A stretch of 64,000 nucleotides of DNA from positions 624,690 through 688,689 of the forward strand of contig JAIOIE010000018.1 of assembly GCA_019912665.1 (NCBI GenBank). The letters run 5' to 3'. The notes under the pieces are model-generated. The model did not search any database. It was not told the origin of the DNA and worked only from the letters and a program-made list of their open reading frames with translations. The DNA is from Deltaproteobacteria bacterium (GTDB taxonomy: Bacteria > Desulfobacterota > GWC2-55-46). Within the stretch, counting starts at the first letter, position 1, and each line of letters opens with the position of its first letter. Below, piece after piece: positions 9,270-17,905 of this stretch. Made by a program: the position numbers and the translations under genes.

Positions 9270-9736
9270 GACTTAAGATTCCTCCCTTTCATCTTTTGAA
9301 AATAATTTGATCAGAACAATAAAGAGGGCCGCCAGATTTTACTGACGGCTCCAGGGGCCTGGCTCGTAACAGCTTGATTTTTAGGCCTTTTAAGGCCTTC
9401 TACAGCCAAAAAAAACCGCCTGGGGCCGTTCCATACTACCTCGTTAGAGGTAAATGCGATGCCCAGACGGTCGACAAGTATATGATCCTTCGCTCCCCGG
9501 TGGTCCCCCACCTTGATTCCGTCAGTCACGAAGGAGACTGCCTCTGTATGGGGTCTATACTAATCTTACTCCGGGGTTTTTGTCAAGCGGGATTTTGGGC
9601 CGGAAACCGAGAGTCGGCCTGGGCCTCAAAGCCCCCGCCTTTCGGTCTTTTGGTTTTACTTATGGTGTCGAAAAAGGTTATGATTAGCATCTGTCCGGGC
9701 CTTGATGCCCGGTAATCGACGACAGGATGTCTTAAG

Positions 9737-10441
9737 ATGCCAAAAGGCGTAACAGTAGTGCTTCCCACCTATAATGAAAGGGAGAACATAGGGAAGCTGG
9801 CCCGCGGGATACTCGATTCGGTCAGGACGGACGTCGAGATCATAGTGGTTGACGACGACTCCGAGGACCTGACATGGAAGGCGGTCGAGGAAATGGGCCT
9901 CCCTTCGGTGCGGGTCATAAGGAGGGTCGGCGAGAAGGGCCTCACATCGGCGATAAACCGCGGCATAAGCGAAAGCCGTTATGATTTAGTAGCGTGGATG
10001 GACGCGGACCTTTCGATGCCCCCGGATAAGATAAACGACCTCCTCGCGTGCCTTGAGCGGCATGACATAGCTGTGGGCTCCCGTTACGTGCCGGGCGGCA
10101 GGGACCTCGGGGACTCGCGAACTGCCGCCTTCATGAGCCGCCTCCTGAGCATAATCGCCAAGACGGTCCTGAATGTCCCCGTGAACGATATGAACAGCGG
10201 CTTTATAGCTACGAAAAAGGAGATAGTGAAAGAACTCGGGCTGAGGGGCGACTACGGCGAGTACTGCCTCGACTTCCTCTACAGGGCCCATAAGAAAGGG
10301 TATAGCATAGCTGAAGCGCCGTATGTATGCGTACCACGGCTTAAGGGCGTATCCAAGACAGCTACCGGCCTCCTGGGCTTTTTCTGGCGCGGGAGGAAGT
10401 ACATATACTCCATAATGAAACTACGGCTGGCCCGCATATAA
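9737..10441 (+). CDS. Family 2 glycosyltransferase, polyprenyl-phosphate sugar synthase-like (DPM1/ArnC-like)
   Basis: VVLPTYNERENI, VVDDDSED (DxD), AINRG, and VGSRY, typical of Dpm1/ArnC/GtrB-type GT2 enzymes. At 234 aa it has no C-terminal TM segment. Confidence 0.85.
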   Translation: MPKGVTVVLPTYNERENIGKLARGILDSVRTDVEIIVVDDDSEDLTWKAVEEMGLPSVRVIRRVGEKGLTSAINRGISESRYDLVAWMDADLSMPPDKINDLLACLERHDIAVGSRYVPGGRDLGDSRTAAFMSRLLSIIAKTVLNVPVNDMNSGFIATKKEIVKELGLRGDYGEYCLDFLYRAHKKGYSIAEAPYVCVPRLKGVSKTATGLLGFFWRGRKYIYSIMKLRLARI

Positions 10442-10822
10442 AACCGGGCGCGGCGCAGGAAACAGCACCGTCATCCTCACCTCCGCCCCATTCCCTCAGG
10501 GACCGCTCCAATCCACCAGCCCTGTCGCCCCGAAGCCACGCATATCTATAATTCTCTTGAATATAGCTGGTTTATTAGAGTAAAATATTCGCCTGGCAAA
10601 AAGGCCGTTTTTGCAAGTTTCGCGTATTCTTCGCGCTTGCAAGCGCGTGCTGTTGGGCTCCGGACTACGCGCAAAAACAGAAAGCGGGGTACTGGCATGC
10701 TTAAAAGAACCATACAGCCGGAAGATTACGCCTTCGGGGAAAAAATCGATGTACTCCCTGGCAAGGACCCGGAGGTTAAGATAACCCTCAAACGCATACC
10801 GGTGGTCGAGGAAGAGGGAAAG

Positions 10823-11935
10823 ATGATCCCGGTCTGCGAGCCGATCCTCCAGGGGAACGAGCTCAAGTATCTGAAAGAGTGCGTGGAGACGAACTGGATC
10901 TCCTCCACCGGCCGGAAGATAATCGCTTTCGAAGAGGCCTTTGCCAAAAAAGTGGGCGCCAAGTACGGCGTCTCGTGCACGAACGGCACCACCGCCCTCC
11001 ATCTCGCCCTTTATGTTGCCGGGGTAGGCCCCGGAGACGAGGTCATTCTCCCGACCTTCACGATGATAGCCACGGCCAACGTGGTCACGCACCTGGGCGC
11101 CAGGCCCGTCCTCGTTGACGCCGACCCATACACCTATACGATGGACGCCGGCAAAATAGAGGAAAAGATAACTGAAAAGACCAGGGCCATAGTGCCGGTG
11201 GACATCTACGGCCACCCATGCGACATGGACCCAATACTGGAGATAGCCGATAGATTCGGCCTCGCGGTGATCGAGGACGCGGCAGAGGCGCACGGCGCGG
11301 AATACCGCGGCAGGAAGATAGGCTCCATATCCGACGCCTCGACATTCAGCTTCTATGCCAACAAGATAATCACTACCGGCGAGGGCGGCATGATAACGAC
11401 CGACAGCCGCGAGTTCTATGACAAGGCCAGGAACATAAGGGACCACGCCTTCTCCGAGGACAGGCATTTCTGGCACAAGTACGTGGGTTTCAACTACCGC
11501 ATGACGAATCTCCAGGCCGCGGTGGGGCTTGCTCAGGTCGAGCGTTTCGAAGAACTCGTCGGCGCCCGAATAAGGAACGCCGCGCTCTATAACTCGCTCC
11601 TCAAGGACATCCCGGGCCTTAGATTGCCGCCGGAGGCCGAAGGGGTCAAGAACGTCTTCTGGATGTATGCCCTTCTCGTCGAGGACGGATTCGGGATGAG
11701 CCGCGACGAATTGAGAAAGCAGCTCGCGGACAGGGGCATCGAGACCAGGACCTTTTTCATCCCCATACACCTTCAGCCCATATACCACAAGCTCTTCAAG
11801 GGAGAGTCCTTCCCGGTCTCCGAATCGCTCTGCGCCAGGGGCCTCTATCTCCCCTCATCGTCGGGCCTCGGCGAGAACGAGATACGTTATGTCTGCGGCG
11901 CGATAAAAGACATACTGGAGGGAGCCAGCCTCTAA
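10823..11935 (+). CDS. DegT/DnrJ/EryC1/StrS family sugar aminotransferase (perosamine synthase/ArnB-like)
   Basis: MIPVCEPILQGNELKYLKECVETNWISS N-terminus and the SFYANKIITTGEGG PLP-lysine motif. GAGGGA RBS before ATG 10823. Longer in-frame starts at 10697 and 10637 are possible. Confidence 0.88.
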   Translation: MIPVCEPILQGNELKYLKECVETNWISSTGRKIIAFEEAFAKKVGAKYGVSCTNGTTALHLALYVAGVGPGDEVILPTFTMIATANVVTHLGARPVLVDADPYTYTMDAGKIEEKITEKTRAIVPVDIYGHPCDMDPILEIADRFGLAVIEDAAEAHGAEYRGRKIGSISDASTFSFYANKIITTGEGGMITTDSREFYDKARNIRDHAFSEDRHFWHKYVGFNYRMTNLQAAVGLAQVERFEELVGARIRNAALYNSLLKDIPGLRLPPEAEGVKNVFWMYALLVEDGFGMSRDELRKQLADRGIETRTFFIPIHLQPIYHKLFKGESFPVSESLCARGLYLPSSSGLGENEIRYVCGAIKDILEGASL

Positions 11936-12673
11936 ATGGAAGAGCAGGAATACGGGAAGATGTACGAGTTGGAGGAATCCTTCTGGTGGTTCAGGGGGAA
12001 GGACCGTATCCTTCACGGCCTTTTGAAAAAAACCGGTGCTGGCGCGACAAGGGGCGGCAAAATACTCGACATAGGCTGCGGTACCGGGCGGGTGCTTGAA
12101 AATCTACGAGTTTATGGTGAAACGTACGGCATAGATTTCTCGGCGACAGCCATCGCATTCTGCAGGGAAAGAGGTCTAAAAAAACTAGTCCGCGGGACCG
12201 GAGATGTGCTGCCCTTCCGCGACGGGGTTTTCGACGTGGTGACGGCGCTTGACGTCTTTTGCCATCGCGGGATACGCGACAACAAGGCTGCCCTGAAGGA
12301 AGTGGCAAGGACGCTGAGGAGCGGCGGCCGCTTCATCTTGAGCGAGCCGGCTTTCATGTTCCTGTACGGTCCGCATGATGAGTCCCAGCACTGCAAGCAG
12401 CGTTTCAATGCCGCGGAGATGAAAGAGCTCATGGCCTCCTGCGGCCTCAAGATAGAAAAGCTCTCGTACTTCAACTTCATCCTTTTTCCGCTCGTTCTCG
12501 CCCACAGGCTCGCCATGAGATGGAGCGGCCTCAAATCACAGTCGGATGTGAAAGAGATTAACCCCGTACTTAACAGCATCCTTTTCCTGTTCCTCAGGCT
12601 CGAAGCCGGGCTTCTGCGTTTTATGAACCTGCCCGCGGGAAGCTCCGTCATCTGCGTGGCCAGGAAACCTTAG
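11936..12673 (+). CDS. Class I SAM-dependent methyltransferase
   Basis: Motif I ILDIGCGTGR and acidic post-I residues. The ATG directly abuts the DegT stop (TAAATG). Confidence 0.85.
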   Translation: MEEQEYGKMYELEESFWWFRGKDRILHGLLKKTGAGATRGGKILDIGCGTGRVLENLRVYGETYGIDFSATAIAFCRERGLKKLVRGTGDVLPFRDGVFDVVTALDVFCHRGIRDNKAALKEVARTLRSGGRFILSEPAFMFLYGPHDESQHCKQRFNAAEMKELMASCGLKIEKLSYFNFILFPLVLAHRLAMRWSGLKSQSDVKEINPVLNSILFLFLRLEAGLLRFMNLPAGSSVICVARKP

Positions 12674-12718
12674 AACTGCACGGGTCTGCCCGTCCGCGTA
12701 CGAATCTCTATTTCTGGA

Positions 12719-14137
12719 TTATTTCAGACCGAATATCGCGAAAAATCCGTTTATCTGCCCCTTGAGCTGGGCCAGGGACTTGATTGAAAAAAGCCTTCTC
12801 AGTATGTAGGAGGGCCTGAGATAGAAGCTCCTGTACATGTGGTCGAGGTATTTGCCGTATGCTTCGGCGTCCATGCCCTCGGGCACATAGAGCAGGGCAG
12901 AATGGTCGAGTATGCTCGAGCTCTTCGTGAAATCGAACTTGTATCCCTTGGCTGTGAGCGCTTCGTAGAGCTCAGTGCCTGGAAAAGGCACAAATTTGTT
13001 GAAATGGGCGTAGTCTACTCTGAGCCTTTTTGCGAACTCTAGCGTCTTCTCCATGCTCTCGAGGGTCTCCCCGGGGGTGCCCACGATGAAGTCGGCCCTT
13101 ACGCTCAGGCCCGCCTCCCTGGCCCACCTGGTCGCGTTCTCGCTGTGCTCGACGGTAATGCCCTTGCTGAGGAGCTTTAGCATCCGATCATCGCCGGATT
13201 CGAGGCCGTAGAGGACCTGCCAGCAACCGGCCTGCTTCATCCTCTTCAGCATCTCGGGCGTTACGGCGCTCACGCGCGTAAGGCATGTCCACGGTATCCT
13301 TATCTTTCTCCTGTCGAACTCGTCGCAGATCTCGAAGACGCGCTTCTTGTTCATGGTGAGCGTGTCGTCGAAGAACCTTATCTCCCTGGCGCCGTACCTC
13401 CCAATGAGCTCCTCGACCTCGTCCATCACGTTTTTGGCGCTCCTCACCCTGTAAGTGGTGCCGAAGACGGACCGGTCGCAAAACGTGCACTGGAAGGGGC
13501 ATCCCCTCGAAGTTATCATGACCCCGAGAGGCAGCTTTCTATAAGAAGCCGGCGTCGGCCTGTAGGCCGAAAGCGGTGGCAGCAGGTGCCTCGCGGGGAA
13601 AGGGAGGTTGTCCAGGTCTTTTATGAAGGGACGCCTGCCGGTCGAGATGACCCTGTCCCCCTCCTTGAAGACTATGCCCTGGACGTCGCCCAAGTTTTTT
13701 CGCCCGTGCTCCTCGAAGTGCCGCACGAGCTCGACAAAGGTCACCTCGCCCTCGCCGACGACGCCGGCATCGAAAGGCGCGGATTTCATGACCTCGCCCG
13801 GGACAGCCGTGAGGTGAGCGCCGCCGGCCACTACCAAGGCGTCGGGAAGGAGGCTACGGACGTCCCTCGCGACCCTGTACATGCTGATGGACGAGGGGGT
13901 GGTGCCGGTTATGCCGACGACGTCGGGTCGCTCCCTTTTCAGGGCCTCGGCGAGCTCGGCGTGTGACATGCCCAGGGTGCAGTCGAAGATCTTTACCTCG
14001 TAGCCCGCCTTCTCCGCGGAAGCGGCCACATAGGCGAGCCCGAGCGCGGGAATGACATTCAAGACTTTCTGAATGCTCTTGCTGCCGCCGACTGAGAGCT
14101 CTTCCTCAAATGGAGGGTCTACGAGTATGATTTTCAT
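12719..14137 (-). CDS. B12-binding domain radical SAM protein
   Basis: N-terminal Rossmann-like cobalamin-binding domain (MKIILVDPP.., VVGITG), then the SRGCPFQCTFC (CX3CX2C) radical SAM cluster motif. Confidence 0.88.
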   Translation of the reverse strand: MKIILVDPPFEEELSVGGSKSIQKVLNVIPALGLAYVAASAEKAGYEVKIFDCTLGMSHAELAEALKRERPDVVGITGTTPSSISMYRVARDVRSLLPDALVVAGGAHLTAVPGEVMKSAPFDAGVVGEGEVTFVELVRHFEEHGRKNLGDVQGIVFKEGDRVISTGRRPFIKDLDNLPFPARHLLPPLSAYRPTPASYRKLPLGVMITSRGCPFQCTFCDRSVFGTTYRVRSAKNVMDEVEELIGRYGAREIRFFDDTLTMNKKRVFEICDEFDRRKIRIPWTCLTRVSAVTPEMLKRMKQAGCWQVLYGLESGDDRMLKLLSKGITVEHSENATRWAREAGLSVRADFIVGTPGETLESMEKTLEFAKRLRVDYAHFNKFVPFPGTELYEALTAKGYKFDFTKSSSILDHSALLYVPEGMDAEAYGKYLDHMYRSFYLRPSYILRRLFSIKSLAQLKGQINGFFAIFGLK

Positions 14138-14268
14138 CACAGGCCACCAGCATTCTATGCCAACGGGTCCGAAATGGCAATAAAAAACAATAAAAACGCC
14201 CGCATAAGGAATTTGACACCCGCTTTTTCCGCCTTGTCTTTTCCAGCAAAAAATCGTATAAAAATACC

Positions 14269-15975
14269 ATGCTGAACGGAAAGGAAGAAGGATTCAATCG
14301 CCTGATTTTCGCTCTCGCGCTCGTCATGGCGGTCATTTTCTTCGCGAGCATTTTCAGGCACCTATCCTACCCGCTACTCTGGAATGACGAGGGCGACACC
14401 GCCATGTTCGCAACGCGCATCCTCGAGTACGGCTACCCCAAGGTCCATGACGGCAAGAACATCCTTCATGTCCACCCGGTCACGGACATCGACCTCGTAG
14501 TCAACAAGAAGTGGGACATGTACACCGCCGACACGATCATGACCTATTATTGGGCGGTCCCCGGAGCATGGCTTGCCGCCAAGGCCGAGGACATATACTC
14601 CAAGACTTTCCTTTTCAGGGCCCCTTTCGCGGCTACGGGTTTCATCGGTGTGCTGATAATGGGTTTGACGGCGGCAAGCCTCCTTGAGAGGGGCCGGCCG
14701 GGAAAGCCGCTAATTCTGGCCCTCTTTTTCCTGTTCGCCACTTTATCGGTTTCGCTGGCCCTGCATCTCAAGGACGCCCGCTCTTACTCGCCCGTAATGC
14801 TCCTTTCGGCAGGCGTCCTGTATTTCTATATCAACCACAGGGTGCTTGAAAGGCTCAGCTTCAGGCTGCACACCTCGGCCCTCGTAATATTGCTGCTTTG
14901 CATATACCATAACTTCTACCCTCTCTATATAGTCTTCCTGGCCTTTTTAGGACTTTACGAATCCATAAGGCTTATCGGGAAATGCCTCGAAAACCGCCGT
15001 ATCGGCCGGGCTTTTGCCATGCCGGGAATACGCGATTTCAAGTATTTCGTCCCCATAATCCTCTCGGTCATATCCATTGTCCCTTTCGTAATCGCGTTCA
15101 AGACCATACAGCTCATCATGGCAGGCTCAGCGGCGGGGAACAGCAGCTATCTCAGGAACCTCGCGTTCATATTCGGCTACTTCATCCGCCACGAATTCCT
15201 CTTTCTTGCGTTTTTTGTCAAGTCGGTGCTTGTGTTCATGCTCATCAGGTGCCGCCTTTCAGGAACATCATTATTCGAGTCGGTTGCCAGGAAAGTCCGG
15301 GTCTCGAACTTCCTGACCCTGTTCTTCGTGGTCCATGTGTTCGTCATTGCCGGGACCCCTTGGATATACACGCGCTACTTCATAGTCCTGCAGCCGGTCC
15401 TGACAATGATACTCCTACTGGACGCCTTCGTCGTCTTCGAGGTCCTCGCAAAAGCCGTTCGGGAACCAGTCCGGAACAGATGGCGGGCCGCCTTTATCGC
15501 AGCAGCCGCAGTGATATTCGTCCTAGTTACAGCCGGCAAGTACGAGGACCTGAAAGGGCGCGTCTACGAGCTTACTCACCAATATAAGGGCCCCCTGGAC
15601 TTCGTAGTGCCGTTTATCAAGGAGAACTACGAGAACCCGGAAGACCTCGTCATCGCCACTAACGTCGAGGAAGCCTCACTTATGTACTACCTGGGGAGCA
15701 AGGTGATAATCGGTTTCATATGGAACAACATCGTTGAAGACCTGAAGTTGACGCCGGACATAATATTCTATCGTAGTTACTGGGGCGGGTGGGAGGTCAG
15801 GAGCCTCTTCGAGCGGCGGCTGCTGCCGAAGGCCGCTTACTGGCCTGTCTCGTTCCCGGTCCAGGACTACCCGATAAACAACATCCCTGACATCCATTTC
15901 CGGATCAGGCACCTCTATCGCACCCCGGCAGCCGAGAACGAGGCGGAGCGCTTGAGAATATTCGTAAGGAAATAA
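14269..15975 (+). CDS. Polytopic GT-C-like (ArnT/PMT-like) membrane glycosyltransferase, paralogue 1
   Basis: More than 10 predicted TM helices, a WNDEGDTAMFA acidic motif in the first loop as in GT-C enzymes, and a C-terminal soluble domain. Clearly paralogous to the next gene. Confidence 0.7.
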   Translation: MLNGKEEGFNRLIFALALVMAVIFFASIFRHLSYPLLWNDEGDTAMFATRILEYGYPKVHDGKNILHVHPVTDIDLVVNKKWDMYTADTIMTYYWAVPGAWLAAKAEDIYSKTFLFRAPFAATGFIGVLIMGLTAASLLERGRPGKPLILALFFLFATLSVSLALHLKDARSYSPVMLLSAGVLYFYINHRVLERLSFRLHTSALVILLLCIYHNFYPLYIVFLAFLGLYESIRLIGKCLENRRIGRAFAMPGIRDFKYFVPIILSVISIVPFVIAFKTIQLIMAGSAAGNSSYLRNLAFIFGYFIRHEFLFLAFFVKSVLVFMLIRCRLSGTSLFESVARKVRVSNFLTLFFVVHVFVIAGTPWIYTRYFIVLQPVLTMILLLDAFVVFEVLAKAVREPVRNRWRAAFIAAAAVIFVLVTAGKYEDLKGRVYELTHQYKGPLDFVVPFIKENYENPEDLVIATNVEEASLMYYLGSKVIIGFIWNNIVEDLKLTPDIIFYRSYWGGWEVRSLFERRLLPKAAYWPVSFPVQDYPINNIPDIHFRIRHLYRTPAAENEAERLRIFVRK

Positions 15976-16020
15976 ATTACAAAGACCGCGCCCGCGCGGC
16001 GATAAAGGCCGACCTTTTCA

Positions 16021-17718
16021 ATGCCGAACGAGAGAGACAAAAAATTAAACCGCCTGTTTTTCACCTTCGCGCTTATCATGGCGGTCCTTTTCTTCGCGAG
16101 CATTTTCAAGCACCTCTCGTATCCGCTTCTATGGAACGACGAGGGCGATACGGCCATGTTCGCAACGCGCGTCCTCGAGTACGGCTTCCCCAAGGTCTAT
16201 GACGGAAAGAACGTGGTCTATGTCCACCCGGTCGATATAAAAATCGGCGTTAACGATTTCGGCATGTTTGTGGCCGACCCGATACTTATCTATTACCTGG
16301 CCGCGCCCGGCGCGTGGCTCGCGGAGAAGGCGGCGGACATATACGACAAGACCCTCCTATTCAGGCTGCCTTTCGCCATTGCAGGGCTCCTGGGGGCGTT
16401 AGTAATGGCGCTTGCCGCGGCAAACCTCTTTGAAAGGAACCGTCCGGCAAGGCCTCTTTTCATGGCGTTATTTTTCCTTTTTGCCACACTCTCGGTCTCC
16501 CTGGCCCTCCACCTCAGGGAGGCCAGGTATTATTCGCCGCTCGTCCTCTTCTCGGCCATCCTCTTCTATTCCTATTTCAAACACCGGCTCCTGGAGGAAT
16601 CGGGTTACAGGTCCTATTTTGCCGTGTCCGTATTCATGCTCTTTCTGATCTACAATACCTTCTACCCGCTCTATTTCATGCTGCTCGCCTCGATCGGCCT
16701 ATACGAGTTTTTCGCTCTTTTAAGGAAGATGCGTAGCGGGCTGGCGCCGGGCCGGCCCTTCGCGCTCCCGGCCATGCGGGATTTGAAGCCGTTCTTGCCG
16801 CTTTTCGTTTCGATCCTTACGGTAATACCTCTCCTCATATTCTTCAGGACCATAGAGGTAGCCCTTCTGAAGGGGTCTACCGTCGGGTTCAGCATGGAAA
16901 GGTATATCGCGAACCTGCAGTTCATTTTCGGATATTTTGTAAAGCACGAGTTTCTGTTTATCGCGCTCCTCATGAAGGCTGCCCTCGCCTTTCTTCTGAT
17001 ACGGGGGCGCGCAAAGGGCGAGGCGCTGCCGGATGGAACGGAGAGAAAGGTTAGCGCCTCCAATTTCCTGACCCTCTTCTTCCTCGTCCATGTGTTCGTG
17101 ACAGCGGCTACCCCTCTCATGTTCACCCGCTACTTCATGGTCCTTCTGCCGGTCGTGACAGGCATAATGCTCCTCGATGCCTTCGCCGTGTTCGAAATTA
17201 CGAGGAAATATCCTGTCGCCGCCCGGAAGGCATGGCAGGGGGTTCTGGTTGCCGCCTCTGTTGCGCTATTCATCATGGGGCTTGCGGGCAAAGCCGGGGA
17301 CTTGAAGGGGCGCGCCTACGAGCTCACCCACCAGTACAAGGGGCCCCTTGATTTTGTCGTTCCTTTCGTCATCGAGAACTATGAGAGGCCCGAGGACATC
17401 ATAATAGCCACGAACTACGAAGAGGCCTCGCTCATGTATTACACGAAGAGCATGGTGATAATAGGCTTCATAGGGATAAACCTCACGGAAGACATGAAGG
17501 AGACCCCTGACATAATTATCCATAGGGATTTCTGGCCCAACATACCCTATCCCTTCCCGGCCCTCCTCAGGAAGGCCGAGTACGGAAAGGTCTCCTTTCC
17601 CGTAAGGGACTACCAGGTGAACAACATACCCGACCTCCATAACGCAACCAGGCACCTCTACCAGACCCGCACGCCCCGGACCGAAGCTGAGAGCATGACC
17701 ATATTCATCAGAAAATAA
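16021..17718 (+). CDS. Polytopic GT-C-like (ArnT/PMT-like) membrane glycosyltransferase, paralogue 2
   Basis: Collinear with 14269-15975 over its full length (FASIFKHLSYPLLWNDEGDTAMFATR, YELTHQYKGPLDFVVPF, EEASLMYY shared). Confidence 0.7.
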   Translation: MPNERDKKLNRLFFTFALIMAVLFFASIFKHLSYPLLWNDEGDTAMFATRVLEYGFPKVYDGKNVVYVHPVDIKIGVNDFGMFVADPILIYYLAAPGAWLAEKAADIYDKTLLFRLPFAIAGLLGALVMALAAANLFERNRPARPLFMALFFLFATLSVSLALHLREARYYSPLVLFSAILFYSYFKHRLLEESGYRSYFAVSVFMLFLIYNTFYPLYFMLLASIGLYEFFALLRKMRSGLAPGRPFALPAMRDLKPFLPLFVSILTVIPLLIFFRTIEVALLKGSTVGFSMERYIANLQFIFGYFVKHEFLFIALLMKAALAFLLIRGRAKGEALPDGTERKVSASNFLTLFFLVHVFVTAATPLMFTRYFMVLLPVVTGIMLLDAFAVFEITRKYPVAARKAWQGVLVAASVALFIMGLAGKAGDLKGRAYELTHQYKGPLDFVVPFVIENYERPEDIIIATNYEEASLMYYTKSMVIIGFIGINLTEDMKETPDIIIHRDFWPNIPYPFPALLRKAEYGKVSFPVRDYQVNNIPDLHNATRHLYQTRTPRTEAESMTIFIRK

Positions 17719-17767
17719 CCTCGGTTCTGCCACTGCCCACGAAAATGAATCCCGGCAAGCCGTCCAT

Positions 17768-17796
17768 TTGACAACCCGGCCTGATTGAGCTATCGT
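17768..17796 (+). promoter_or_regulatory. Putative sigma70-type promoter upstream of nirS
   Basis: TTGACA-N17-TATCGT, about 110 nt upstream of the nirS ATG. Confidence 0.3.
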
Positions 17797-17905
17797 TTCC
17801 ATGTCTGCATGTCTGCCGTCCCGTGAACGGTTTCCCCAGCTTGCCTGTTTTCTAACGCCGACGCCGCTTAATATTGGGTTCAACCTGCTTACAAGGAGAG
17901 ACCGC

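Noticed and set aside
9270-9736. Known structured RNAs (RNase P RNA, tmRNA, SRP RNA, common riboswitch cores) in the long intergenic region.
   Set aside because: I searched both strands by eye for hallmark strings (GAGGAAAGTCCGG, a GGGGCTGA start with a TCCACCA end, the SRP GGAAG..AGCAGCC core) and found none. The region is kept only as an unexplained gap.
10496-11788. 430-aa minus-strand ORF opposite the DegT aminotransferase.
   Set aside because: It is a shadow frame of a gene with clear PLP-aminotransferase motifs. It has no motifs of its own and extends across an intergenic region.
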